Source of the DNA: Sumerlaeia bacterium
GTDB lineage: Bacteria; Sumerlaeota; Sumerlaeia; SLMS01; JAHLLQ01
Reading direction: 5' to 3'
NCBI GenBank assembly: GCA_040219255.1
Contig: JAVJSW010000039.1
Coordinates: forward strand, 32,001-96,000
DNA length: 64,000 nt
In this document: in pieces, positions 47,201-58,100 of the stretch
Position numbering within the stretch: the first letter of the stretch is position 1
How the letters are laid out: each line of letters starts with the position of its first letter
Position numbers and translations under genes: made by a program
The notes under the pieces: model-generated
Seen by the model: the letters and a program-made list of their open reading frames with translations, nothing else
What the model was told of the DNA's origin: nothing
The model's database searches: none

Positions 47201-50200
47201 ATCGTTGGCCTTGGTGGCCCCAGGCACGATCTCGCAGATTGGTTCAGATGGAGTGGTTTCCGGCCTGACTTCTACCGTGAAGTACTCATAGTCATAGCGT
47301 TGCGGGGAGCCGTTATCGGCCACCTGTACGGTAAAGTTGAAGATGCTCTCGCACTGAGTGGGGACATCCGGAGTCCAACTGATCAACCCGCTGAATGGAT
47401 CGATGGACGCGTTGTACGGGCCCGAGTCGAGAGCGAAGGTCAAAAGGTCGCCGGGGTTCGGATCGGTCGCCGTCGCCACGAAGTTGAACGTGGTTTCGCA
47501 ATCGATCAACTGATCCGGGATGGGATCGAGAGAAGGCGGATAATTGAGCGGGCCCACTTCCACATAGACGGTCTCCACATCGCTGAGCGGCGGCACACCA
47601 TCGTCCGTGACGCGCAGGACAAACTGAAGGGTCGTTTCGCACTGAGACGGGCTCACCGGATACCATTGGAGCCAACCGGAAACCGAGTCGAGGCTTGTCC
47701 CAGAGGGGGCGGAGTCGAGCGAGAACGTCAACACATCGCCGGGATCTGGATCGGTCGCCTGCACAACGACGCCGAAGCCCTGCTCGCAATCGACATAGAA
47801 ATTGCCGACCGGGTAGTCGATGCTCGGCGGTGAATTCGGCGCCGCACCTCCGATGGTAAAGCACAACTCCATGCCGTAGGTGGTTGTCGTCGACCCACCC
47901 AGGAGGGGATCTTCGCTGGGGCTCTGGAAGCCGCCGGCCAGTGTCCCGGGGACTTCTGTGAAAGCGATCGGCGCGATGTTGGTTGTGTAGAAGTAGCGAA
48001 CCTGCTCGGCGGCGCTCCAGGAAACGCCCGCCACATAGTGGACGCCAGGGGTCAGATCCAGGTCCACGGGCCCCGAATTGTAGAGGGCACGACCGCTGTC
48101 GATAAACTGAGGCGAGGCGAATTCTTGAGTCCAGGGGCCGTTTTCGCTGGGGCCGCTGAGGACAAAGAAGGTGACGTTCGCCTCGAGATCGAAGAGCGGC
48201 ACCAGATCCATCGAGAAGTCCGTCAACATCGCGTTCGAATCGACCGTGAAGGTCGCGCCGCGGGCGAGGTCGGGGTCGTTCGCCTTGGTCGCGCCGGGCA
48301 CGGTCTCGCAGACGTCGACAGAGGTGGGCGGGCCAACGTGGACGTAGAAGGACTCGGTGTCTGCCAGGGGCGGAACGCCATCGTCGGTGGCGCGGACGAT
48401 GAAGAGGTAGGATGTCTCGCACTGGTCGGGAGACGAAGGTGTCCAGGACAGTTCGCCGAGCGCGGGATCGATGGTGGCGCCCGCAGGTGCGGCATCCAGC
48501 GAGAAGCTCAGCATGTCGCCCGGGTTGGAGTCGTGTGTTCCGACGGAATAAGCAAAGGAATCGCCGCACGCGAGGTACTGGTCGTTGATCGGAAAGATGT
48601 ATGGCGGATAATTGATCTCGGGGGAAACGTCCACGTAGAACGTCTCGACATCGAACAGCGGCGGCACGCCATTGTCGGTGACGCGGACCTCGAACTGATA
48701 GACGGACTCGCAGTACTGCGGGCTGTAAGGGACCCAATCGAGCCAGCCAGTGTAGGGATCGATCCAGGCACCCGATGGTGCGGAATCGAGCGAGTAGTAG
48801 AGGGCATCCCCTGAGTTTTGATCGGTGGCGGTGACCGGATAACTCCAATAATTCCCGCATGCCGCGTACTGATACGGGATGGGGTCGATCTGGGGAGCGT
48901 AGTTGGTTTCCGGCGCCCCCACTTCGACGTAGAAGGTTTCCAGGTCGAAGAGGTTGGGAATGCCATTGTCCGTCACCCGGACAATGAATTCATAGGTGCT
49001 CTCGCACTGATCGGGCGCCGATGGCGTCCAATAGACCCAGCCGGTGCCGGGGGAAACAAAGGCTCCGCCGGGCCCGGAATCGAGGCTGTAGGTGAGGTCG
49101 TCGAGTGGGTTGGGATCGCTGGCGAAAATCGGAGTCTGGAAGGACTGCTCGCAGAGCACGGCGTGATAACCTGGCATGGGATCGAACGCTGGCGGATTGT
49201 TGGGTTCCGGCGGGCCCACATGAACGTAGAAGGTTTCCGTATCCGACAAGTTCGCCGGGCTGCCGTTGTCCCAGACGCTGACCTGGAAATAATAGGACGT
49301 CTCGCACTCGGAGGTATTGGCCCGCTGCCAACTCAACCAACCGCTGTAGGGATCGAGATAGGCGTTGTACGGCCCTGCGTCCAAAGAGAAGTACAGGCTG
49401 TCGCCCGGGTTGGGATCGGCGGCGGTGAGTTGATAAGTGAAGACTTCTTCGCACTCGGAGAACTGATCCGGAACCGGATCCAGGTCCGGTGACAGATTAC
49501 CGCCCGGAACAAAGGGATCGACGGACACATAGAAGGTCTCGAGATCGAACAGGTTGCCGGCGCCATCATCGGTGGCACGGACGACGAACTGATACACGCT
49601 CTCGCACTGATTGGGAGAAACCGGCGTCCAGTTCAAGAACCCGCTGTTGGGATCGATCACGGCGTTGTACGGCGCCGAGTCCAAGCTGAACGTCAAGTTA
49701 TCCCCATTGGGATCGGTCGCTGGAATCGAGCGCAGGTAGGTGCCGCCACACTCGGCGCTCTGATCCGGCAAGTCGGCGATGACCGGCGGTTCGTTGGGAG
49801 CGGGCACGGGACCAGTGTAAACGTAAAAGGTTTCGACGGCAGAGAGGGGCGGCACCCCATCGTCGGTGGCGCGGACCTCGAAGGTATAGACGCTCTCGCA
49901 TTGAGCGGGAACCGAGGGAAGCCAGTCGATCCAACCCGTGGCCGCGTCAATGTAGGCTCCGGAGGGGGCCGAGTCCAAGCTGAACGCCAACTGCGCCGTC
50001 TCGGCGTCCACCGCCTGCACGGCGTAAGTGAGAAGCTGGTCGCAATCGATGAACTGATCGGGGATCGCATCGATGATGGGGGCGGAATTGACCTCGGCCG
50101 GGCCGAAGCACAACTCGGCCCCATAGGTGGTCGTCGTGCCACCGCCCGCCAGAGGGTTCGAAGTCGCCGACTGAAAGCCTCCTTGAAGCGTTCCGTTGAC

Positions 50201-50683
50201 CGTCCCGAAGCCGAACGGCGCCGCGCCGGAGGTATAAAAGTAGCGCACCTGCTCGGAGGCGTCCCAGGACACCGTGGCGGCGTAATATTGGCCTGGTTCG
50301 ACGACGACATCGACGGGTCCAGAGTTGTAGAATGCCCGCCCCAGGTCGATCGTCGAGGAGTTCTGGTACAGAACCGACCAGGGCCCGTTGGCCGAAGGCG
50401 CCTGAAGGACGTTGAACGTGACAACCGCCGTCAGATCGAAGAGCGGAACCAGATCCATGGAGAAATCCTCCAGGAGCAGCGTTTCGTTCACCGAGAAGAC
50501 CGTGCCGCGAGTCAAATCCGGATCGTTGGCCTTGGTGGCGCCGGGCACCAGTTCGCAGGTGGCGGCGTTGGCGGCGGACGCCGCCAGGGCGAGAAGGAGA
50601 GCGAGACTGCGCAGGAGAGCCGGCGAATCCCCGGCCGTGCGCGTTGGCCGCGGCGGCGCCTCCGGAGAAAAAAGAGAAGACAT
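44270..50683 (-). CDS. Giant secreted repetitive adhesin-like protein (10 Ig/He_PIG-like repeats, 5 copies of a ~150-aa module, one unique domain); start uncertain
   Basis: Signal LLRSLALLLALAASAANA; repeats NxPPxIDPIPDQ..C...AxDP...LTFSLDSAPxGAxIDPxSG..W.P...QCE..Y.F.VR.TDDG; module CE(T/I/L)(V/I)PGAxKAN...YG(M/A/V)ELC. Confidence 0.88.
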   Translation of the reverse strand: MSSLFSPEAPPRPTRTAGDSPALLRSLALLLALAASAANAATCELVPGATKANDPDLTRGTVFSVNETLLLEDFSMDLVPLFDLTAVVTFNVLQAPSANGPWSVLYQNSSTIDLGRAFYNSGPVDVVVEPGQYYAATVSWDASEQVRYFYTSGAAPFGFGTVNGTLQGGFQSATSNPLAGGGTTTTYGAELCFGPAEVNSAPIIDAIPDQFIDCDQLLTYAVQAVDAETAQLAFSLDSAPSGAYIDAATGWIDWLPSVPAQCESVYTFEVRATDDGVPPLSAVETFYVYTGPVPAPNEPPVIADLPDQSAECGGTYLRSIPATDPNGDNLTFSLDSAPYNAVIDPNSGFLNWTPVSPNQCESVYQFVVRATDDGAGNLFDLETFYVSVDPFVPGGNLSPDLDPVPDQFSECEEVFTYQLTAADPNPGDSLYFSLDAGPYNAYLDPYSGWLSWQRANTSECETSYYFQVSVWDNGSPANLSDTETFYVHVGPPEPNNPPAFDPMPGYHAVLCEQSFQTPIFASDPNPLDDLTYSLDSGPGGAFVSPGTGWVYWTPSAPDQCESTYEFIVRVTDNGIPNLFDLETFYVEVGAPETNYAPQIDPIPYQYAACGNYWSYPVTATDQNSGDALYYSLDSAPSGAWIDPYTGWLDWVPYSPQYCESVYQFEVRVTDNGVPPLFDVETFYVDVSPEINYPPYIFPINDQYLACGDSFAYSVGTHDSNPGDMLSFSLDAAPAGATIDPALGELSWTPSSPDQCETSYLFIVRATDDGVPPLADTESFYVHVGPPTSVDVCETVPGATKANDPDLARGATFTVDSNAMLTDFSMDLVPLFDLEANVTFFVLSGPSENGPWTQEFASPQFIDSGRALYNSGPVDLDLTPGVHYVAGVSWSAAEQVRYFYTTNIAPIAFTEVPGTLAGGFQSPSEDPLLGGSTTTTYGMELCFTIGGAAPNSPPSIDYPVGNFYVDCEQGFGVVVQATDPDPGDVLTFSLDSAPSGTSLDSVSGWLQWYPVSPSQCETTLQFVLRVTDDGVPPLSDVETVYVEVGPLNYPPSLDPIPDQLIDCETTFNFVATATDPNPGDLLTFALDSGPYNASIDPFSGLISWTPDVPTQCESIFNFTVQVADNGSPQRYDYEYFTVEVRPETTPSEPICEIVPGATKANDPDLARGTIFSVGETATLTDFSMDLVPLFDLEANVEFFVLSGPSPNGPWSVEFQQTSFIDSGRVFYPSGDVNLSLSPGFFYVAGVAWDATEQVRFFYTTNSAPATFVEMNGVLESGFQSASSDPLLGGSTTTTYGMELCFSTGSAPANNPPLITGPTGTFSAGCGEFFSIYVNASDPDPGDSLTFSLDSAPSGAFVDPVSGYIQWTPANPAQCETTYEFAFRVTDDGVPPLSATETFYVEVGRPNLPPSLDPIADQAIDCDETLQLSAFATDPDPEDTLTYSFLAAPLGATIGASNGQIQWTPIAPFQCESSYTFVVHVTDDGSPPMGTVEGFDVTVGGTPDEPGVQVCETIPGALKANSENLVRGATFTVNQDYILDEFSMDLVPLGGIPADVTFYVLSGPSDAGPWSIEFQQPYNIDSGRLFYNSGTVSLPLQPGTFYAAGAGWTTGNNVRYFYTSNAAPFAFPTVNGTVAGGFQSSTSDPLGGVSSTTTYGVELCLSEPGGPGGPAEEDWNVLFADAFNTNTSAQYTEVVDSTSYPANYDTAYGFDYGSIINENAAGYPFVGEAPSSQGSDLPTHGLVTFANPTFGGLANRMALAIYPNLTPILGDHRFTVDLLPLIGFNGPTEHFGLGINHSGAAFPNVYQGYYGDFTPITDGYFGFINTDYGAAIRDIVFYEGDPFMMDPGLDPALGDFAWGDPNLTVLSDGLALPPDPYATEPRWFLDYIFTNPPYRTGSGADGPHGAWMTLRMTFLAGKVTWEVKPEGAPQFYTLATYDDPDDTYIGGLPQISHLDTFYSQNGYGRMIWDNFTIEILGEVTPPAPEVCETVPGATKANDENLARGAMFTVNEAKTLSDFRMDLVPLFDLTANVTFFVLSGPTSAGPWTEVVAETKTIDQGRLFYGPDAAPNVALLPGQYYVAGARWPVGEQVRYFYTASSAPAPFPVVNGTLEGGFQSAGDNPLAGTGTTTTYGMELCFE

Positions 50684-50834
50684 GCGAGGCTTCGCGGACA
50701 TATCGGCGGTCCTTCCGGGATGACTCTCATCGGGTGGAGCCGGAAGGAATCGCGAAATCCGGAGAGTGGGAACCGGGCAAGGGTTCCTCACTTCCGAGGG
50801 AAAAGGACTCTTCCTGGTTACAACCCTAATAAGA

Positions 50835-50860
50835 GTGTGCTGAATCGAACTTCAGCACGC
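50835..50860. promoter_or_regulatory. Inverted repeat upstream of the giant adhesin gene
   Basis: GTGTGCTGAA-TCGAAC-TTCAGCACGC (9/10 arm match) in an AT-rich intergenic region. Confidence 0.4.
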
Positions 50861-51061
50861 TAATGGAATGACAAAACGATATGGAAAAGAGCAGCGAAGG
50901 GCAATGAGAAAGACGATCGCAAATCTGTTCCTAACTGTTGCGAACGGCTTGAAACGCGGGATTTTCCCGGCTATGACAAACTCAAGCCGGGAGTGGGCAC
51001 GCATAGACCGGGACGCCGGCGAGGCGCCGATTTATCAATCTTGAAATTGAGAACGAAGGCT

Positions 51062-52099
51062 TTAGTACCCCCGCCAGAGGTCGACCCGGTTCGGGATCGG
51101 ATCGCCCGCCGCGGCGGCGTTCAGCAGGCTAGCGAGGTCGGCGTAGCGATTGTCCTTTTCCTCGCGCGAGAGGCTGGCGCGGTGGGGGCTCATGGCCACA
51201 TTGTCGAGTTCATGAAAGGGATAGCGCGAGGGGCGGTTGGCCTCGGCTCCGGGCTGGCTTTCCTTGCTCGTGTCGATGTAGCTCCACCAGACATCGATGC
51301 CGGCGCCCTCGAGGGTGCCGTCTGTCAGGGCCTCGTAGACAGCCCGCTCGTCGGCGATTTCTCCCCGCCCCACATTCACGAAGAGCCGCGGAGGAGCCAG
51401 CGCCCGCAGTTCCTCCGCCCCCACCAGACCGCGCGTCTCCGGCGTGCCGGGCAGGCAGATCATCAGGGCGTTGCTGAGCGGCAGAAGGGATTTCCACTCC
51501 CCCATCGGGTGCAGTGTCAGGCCCGGCGCGATTTCCGTTTCGCGTTCGACGGAGCGCCGCACCGCCCGCACGCGCATGCCGAGCGCGTGGCAAGCGGTGG
51601 CGGCGCGTTGGCCGATGGCGCCGTAGCCGAGGAGCAGCAGGCTCTTGCCTGCGAGCTGGATCGCGGTGATGTCGTGCCATTGCTTTTCGGGCCAGCCCCG
51701 GGCGCGGAAGTCCCGCTCGCGCGGGTACATCCGCTTCGCCGCCGCCATCAGCAGCGCGACCGCCATCTCGGCCGTGGCGGGGGCGTTGTGATGCAGGTTG
51801 TGAAGGCCGATGTGGGGAAAATCCCTGAGGAGGTCGCAGACCTTGGGAGGCGGTCCGGCCCAGGGCACGATGACCGCCCGCAGGTTGGGAGAGGCTTCCA
51901 GGTGGCGGCGTTCGAGGGAGCCGCTGACCACCAGAATGTCGAAGTCCGCATCCGGCGGCAGGGAGAGATCGGGTTCGGCGGTGGGCTCGCCATCGCCCCG
52001 GTTGCGCGTGATGCGCACCGGATGGTCGATCCGTTGCCGGATGAAATCGAGGAAGTGGTCGCTGAGACCGTGGAGGAAGTGAACGCGAAGAGGTGTCAT
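51062..52099 (-). CDS. D-isomer-specific 2-hydroxyacid dehydrogenase
   Basis: TAEMA, LLGYGAIG, LPGTPETRGL, VNVGRG, GAGIDVW and MSPHRA. Confidence 0.93.
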   Translation of the reverse strand: MTPLRVHFLHGLSDHFLDFIRQRIDHPVRITRNRGDGEPTAEPDLSLPPDADFDILVVSGSLERRHLEASPNLRAVIVPWAGPPPKVCDLLRDFPHIGLHNLHHNAPATAEMAVALLMAAAKRMYPRERDFRARGWPEKQWHDITAIQLAGKSLLLLGYGAIGQRAATACHALGMRVRAVRRSVERETEIAPGLTLHPMGEWKSLLPLSNALMICLPGTPETRGLVGAEELRALAPPRLFVNVGRGEIADERAVYEALTDGTLEGAGIDVWWSYIDTSKESQPGAEANRPSRYPFHELDNVAMSPHRASLSREEKDNRYADLASLLNAAAAGDPIPNRVDLWRGY

Positions 52100-52121
52100 G
52101 GTGATGGAAACCGGAGACTGG

Positions 52122-55100
52122 CTATCGCAAGAACCATCCCGACGTGCCGAACAAATCGAGCACGCCGGAGCCGGTGTTCTCCACCCGGTAGGCGGCTTCG
52201 CTCTGCAGATTTACCCCATTGCAGGTGTCGCCCGATCCAGCCTGGCACAGATCGATGGCCACGAAGGAGGCGGGTTGGGAACTGCTCCAGGAAATCGCCA
52301 GCGGCACGTTGTCGCTGGCCAGCGCATAGCGCGTCAGAAGCGGCGCCTGATCCGTGTTGGCGCCCGCCCAGACGCGCACCCGGAGCCGTGCACCGGCCGG
52401 GAGCCGGACCTGGGAGATCGCCAGCGACGCCCGCCCGTCGGAGGCCGCCGGGGCCACCAGCAGCCAGTCCGCATCGCCCGAATGATGGAGCGTGTGGCGC
52501 TGGGAGGCGCCCGCCGGAATGGCGTTCTCCGTCGTATCGGGCGAACTGTCGCCGATGGCTTCGAAGGCATCGGCCGCCAAGCGTGCGTCGCCCAGGCGAA
52601 GCGTCTGGTGAAGCGGCAGAGCACTGGCGCCGGAGGCTTCCTCGCCCGCGAACAGCACGGCGTAAGTGCCTGGCCGAGGATCGCCCCCATTGGCCTGGAA
52701 GGCGCTCGCGGGCAGCGTCACTGTCCACTCGCCGGCCGCCGCCTGGGTCATTGGGAAGGCCGCGAAGTCCGCAAGGGGCCCGCCGGATGAGGCATAATCG
52801 GTACGCGTCCAATGGACGTAGGCGGTGGCCTTCGTCAGGGTGTCGCTGCCGGAAATCCGGGCCGTGACCGCCACGTCCTGGGCGTCGGCGAGGGCCGAGG
52901 GAAGGTTGCTGGACTCGAAGGGATCGGGCAATCCGATGCGCCCCGTGCGTCCAAAGCGAAGGCCGGCGGCGATGACGCCGTCCTCATCGGATACCGAACC
53001 ATCGCCGTTATCGTCGAGCCAGGGATCGACTCGGAGGGTGCTGTAGGGGTTGACCTCCCAGCCGCGCAGGGCGGTTCGAACGGCGTCGTGGGCGGTCTTC
53101 CAATCCTCTCCGTCGAGGAGACGGTTCGCCAGCAGACGGCCGTAGGACAAAGCGCCATCCGCCGAGGTCACCGCGAGGCGGTCTCGTGAAGTTGACGTGA
53201 GCACGACGCGTTCTCGCCCGCCGGGGCCGCCGGAGATGGCCGGGACGAACCCCCCAGAGAAGGAGAAATCGGCCGCCACGATGGCGGTTTCGGTGGGCCG
53301 CCCGGATGGGTCCTGAGCGATGTCGAGCCAGAGGTTCAGTTCCGACGCGTTCAAGTTCTCGGTCGCGTTGACGAAGTAGCTCCAAGGCCCCGCATCGCCG
53401 GTTCGCTGACCGTGGCCGAGGAGCACGAGCGTCAGCCGATGCGCGTCCGCCCCCCACGTGGTGATGGCGTTTTGGAGGCTGGCGCGGGTCAGTTCCTCAT
53501 GGACGAGGGGATTTTCCTCCGGCGATTGGAAGGCGGAGAGGAGACGGAGGCGGTCGGCGGAGAACCCGCGTTCGAACGCGTTGGCAGCCAGGAAGTCGGC
53601 CGTCGACCGCGCCGACTCGGGGGCCGGGTGGCGCGAGCCGCCGCCCGCGACGAGGATCACCTTGTCGAAGGTGGGCAGGATGGCATCCGTGGCAACCGCC
53701 GAAATCAGCCCGGTCCGATCACGGAACTGGGCTTCGACGGTCTTGCCGCCGGCGCCGTCGGGGATGCGCCAGTCGAGGATCGGCTCTATCGCGCGCCAGG
53801 GTCCCCATTCGGCTCCCTGGTTGCGCAGCCGCATATCGCGCAGACCGCTGCCGGGAGCCGGGTCTTCCGCCGCGATGGTCAACGAAACCGTGGTTTCCCG
53901 CGTGAAGGCGTCGCCGCCGTTGATCGTCAGCGTTCCGCCGGGAGGTGTCGTATCCAGGCCGATGCCGGCGCAGATTGCTGGTGAGAGCAGATCGAGCACC
54001 GAGCGGAATTGGACGCAAACGGTCTTCTGGCCGTCGCCCGATTCCAGCTCCCAGCCGGCCGTAGAGGCCAACGGCTGCCACTCGCCCCAGGGTCCCTCGG
54101 CCCCGTTGCGCAGGCGCATTTCGTCCACCAGCGGCGAAGCCGTGATGGCGAGCAGGACGCTCGTGGCGCTGGTCCAGCCATCCTCGCTCACGATTTCCAG
54201 CGTTCCGCCGGGAACGGCCCCGGCAATCTGGAACGGCCAGAAATCGTCGCGCCGGTCGAGGACCACGGGCTCCGTCGCCGAGCTGACGACTTCCACGGAA
54301 ACCGTCCACAAGCCCGGGAATTCGTCCGCCGGGATAAGCAGCGCACGAGCCTCGCCGAGAGTCGTGGTGTCGCCGGGCGGCAACAGGTGCGTGGTCGGAC
54401 CGTCCTTGTAGCGAACGGCGCCGGTCTGATCCTTGGCTTGGAAGGTGACCAGCACCGGGCTGGTCGCTTCCGCGTCATTTGTCAGATCGATGGCGAAACG
54501 AAGGGCTTCCTCCGGTTCGAAGGCCTCGGAGAGCTGGCCGGTGCGCCCGCGAGTACGAAGCGGCGTGGGCAGAATCCGCGGCACCGGTCCGCCGACGAAC
54601 ACGCTTTGCGTGGCCATTCGGACGGTTGTGCAGAGATCGTCGACCACCGTCAGGAGCACTTCGCTGGTCGCCTCGTCGTCGGGCGCCACGGGGCGCCAGA
54701 GGGCTTCGTACCGGCCAGCGGTGCCGGTGGGGAGCAACTCGAGGGGCTCGCCGCCCTGGGAGAATAGAACGTAGGGATTGGCCAGGTTGGGATCGCTCGC
54801 GACCTGGATCGGGACCCACTGGCCAGCGCCGACAATGGCCGAGGATTTCGGTGAGACAATCGTCAGGGTACCCGGCGCGTCCGCTTGGCTGACGAAGGGC
54901 AGGGCGAGGGCCTTCTCGCGCGCCGCCGCATTGGAAGGCGCGCAGACGCAGACTTCGAACCGCGACAAACAAAGGGCGATTTCCATGTCGCGCAGAAGCT
55001 CGAGGTGGGCCTGCGGTTCGTTGCTTCGCACCCGCAGCCGGTTCTCGCCCGCCACCGCATCGGGAACGAGCAGCAGCATGGGGTCGAACGGCAGCCGCCA

Positions 55101-58100
55101 GCGGCCCGACGCTTCGGAATCTTCAGCCAACGCGATTTCGCTGTCGTTCAGAAAGAACTGGAAATCGTGTGGTCCGTGAACAAAACCCGATTCCGGCGAC
55201 ACCGTGACAAACAGGGTCGCCGAGGTGACGTCTGTCTCAGCGTCGAAGCCGGGGGGCAATTCGATGCGGGCCGACGTTTCTCCGCCGTTGCCGCCGGACA
55301 GCCCAGCCAGCCGCGCCCGCACGATCACATCGTCCAGAATCACGCAGCGCTGTGAACTTGTGCAGACAAGGGTGAGGTCGAGGGAGGCGCTCGCGCCGAA
55401 GGCGGAGGCGACCAACTGGCCGCTGGACGGCGCCCCGGCGGAGAGCGCCTGAGGCAGAGCGAAGACCTGAAACTGGCGCGCCTCGCCGGGCATCAGGCGC
55501 ACATGGCGCATCTGGGGCCAGAACTGGAGCGCTTCGTCAAAGCGCCCGGACCCGGCGATGCTCAGGTCCGTCAGCTCGATAGTGCCTGTATTGCGGACTT
55601 CGACGGTGGCCGAATCGCCATCAGGCGACGTCGAGACGAGCGCCAAGGCGACCGCCGGTTCGCCTTCGTCGATGGTCAGGCTCGCCGGGCAGGCGTGGAG
55701 GGTTCCGCCGCCAACGTCCTGAATGACGACGGCGAAGCGGTAATCCGTCCGTGCCGCCCGCGCCGAATGCACCGCCAGCGTCAGGCGATTGCTCTCGCCC
55801 GGAGCCAGGGTCATCGGAAAGGCCTCGCTGCCCAGGCCCAGGAATCCGATGGAAACATCGGAATTCGGGTTCTGAACGGTGCCAAAGATCTGCCTTGTCT
55901 GGGTAGAGGTGTTGGTCACTTCCAGCAGGGGACGCGCATCGTAGCCGCGCCGCACGACAAACGCACACTCCGCCTCGGGCAGCGCCACGCCCGATCCCAC
56001 GGTGAAGGTGAAGCGAGAGCTGTCGAAGCTCTGGCAGGCCGTTTCACTCCGGGCGAACCATTCGATGGTTTGCCCCTGAATCAAGCCCGGCAGTGGGAAG
56101 TGGTGGAAAATCGTGCCCTGGGGCCCGGTGATCGACTGGAATTCCGCATCCGCCCCGGCGAGACGCCAGAACACCGTGCCCTGCGACGGCGAGGCGGACA
56201 GCCAACTGACCGCCGTCTCTGCCGAGGCCAACGTGGCTCCATCCGGCGGCAGGTAATCGCTCTGACGCACTGCCGTCGCCAGTGCCAGGCGGCCTCCGGC
56301 GAGCCGCGTGGCGCCGCCGGCGCGCACCTCGACCGCAAAGGGCCGGTCGAGCAGTGGCAGCCGGTCTTGGCTTTCCTGACGCGAAAACGTCACCGTGGCC
56401 GCAGCCGTCCGACCCCGGTCGATGGTGGGCCGGCGGTTGCTCAAGCTCACACCGAGACCGGTCCGCGCCGTCACGTAGCTGGGAACGGCGGCCTCGAACT
56501 GGCGCGAAAGGGCGCCCCGATTTTCAATCACAAGGATCATGGCCGACGCAGCGCCGCAGGGCGGCACCGACACCACCGGATCACCGAAGGCAAAATAGCC
56601 GAAGGGGGCCGGATCGTCCGGTTCGCTGGCGTAGAGCACGGGATCGGCGAGATCGCTCTGCAAGACTGCCCATCGTGCCTCGGCGGCGCCGGAGGTCCAC
56701 TCCAGCCGCCAGAATCCAAGCCGCCACTCCGGATCGAAGAAGCGCGACTGTTCGTCGCCGCTCACCGTCCAGGTCTCGGCCAAAGAGCCATCCGGGCGAT
56801 AGAGCCGAAGCGTATCGCCCGCCGCCCCGGACACCAGAAGTTGGAACCGTTCGTCGCGCGTCACCCGCAGGAATCCGTTGAGCGGATTCGCCGCCCCCAC
56901 CTCGACCACAGCGGGAAAGAGGCGGTCTTTGGGTCCGCCGCCCGGGCAGCCGGGACGCGCCGGATCGGTCGGCAGCAGCACGCCCGTCGCATCCAGATCG
57001 AAGGACCGGTTGCCTAGGGAGCCGCTGCTGACGTGAACCGCGAGCGAATTGAAGCCTGGTTGGAGATACTGGGTCACATCCACCGGAGCGCCGCCGCTGG
57101 TGGTTGTCTGGCCGCACTCCCCACCCCACCAGCTTGAGAACACACCCCCGGGCACGAGGGTGCCGTTGATGAAGAGTTCCAGCCCGCCGTTGGCCTGCCA
57201 GGTCAGGACTCCTGAGGTCACACCGTCCCAATACGTATAACCGCGATAGAAGCGATCGCGGCGCAGCGCGCCGGCCGCCGCGTCGGGCAACGTCACCTCG
57301 GTCCATCCGCAATCGGGAAAGTTCGGATCGAACCAGGGCAAACCGTCTTCGATCAAATCGTCGCAGGTCGTGACGGGCTCGGAAGCCACCCAGAAAATTC
57401 CCTCCGGCCCGGGCACAATGGCGCCGGGCACGGGGGACACTTCGATCTGGCCCTCGTTGAACGAGGCATCGGAGACTGTGATCTGGCGCGGTTCGCCAAG
57501 CAGCCCGGGCGGGGCGGTGACGTTGAGAAATAGCAGGATGCCCTCGCCGGCTGGCAGGGGTTCGTCCAGGGCGAAGGCGACTCGTTTGGTCTCTGCTGTT
57601 TCATGCACGACCAGGAAGTCCGCGTCCAGGTCCGGTCCGGGAGCGATGCTCACGATCTCGACCTCTGGATCGAGGGACGCGAACGCCGCCACGCCCGAGA
57701 GCACACCGTCGCGTTCCGCCAGCCGCACCGGCACCGAGTAAGGCGCCGACCGGCCCGCCTCGGCCACCACCGTCCCGATCGTCAGAGCAGGTAGATTCGG
57801 ATCGCGAACGCGGACCGCCGGGTCGGTCAAAGCCGACCGGCCGGCGCCGTCGGAAACCGCGACCAGAGTCTTGCCAGGCACGAGGCCCCGCAGCGTCGCA
57901 CTCGCGGCCGTCGCGTTCGGTGTCACGCGCAGTATCGCGCCATTTTCCACGGTCCAGCGCAGCGGAAGCTGGGCCCCCACGGCGTTCAGAACCACTTCCT
58001 CGCCGGGCAGCAGGGCGATGGCTTCCGGTTCCAGGGCGATTTCCGAAGCCAGGGGGGGCTGGATCGCCAGAGTCCCGCCGTTGAGTGCGAAGGGAAGGGC

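Noticed and set aside
44270-50683. Nucleotide repeats as a possible CRISPR array or DGR template/variable pair
   Set aside because: The repeats are in-frame protein domain duplications; there is no regular spacer pattern and no cas or reverse transcriptase gene.
50895-50945. Faint resemblance to a c-di-GMP-I riboswitch (GGCAA..GAAA..CGCAAA..CTAA)
   Set aside because: The stems do not pair convincingly, and it is on the + strand while the adjacent genes are on the - strand.
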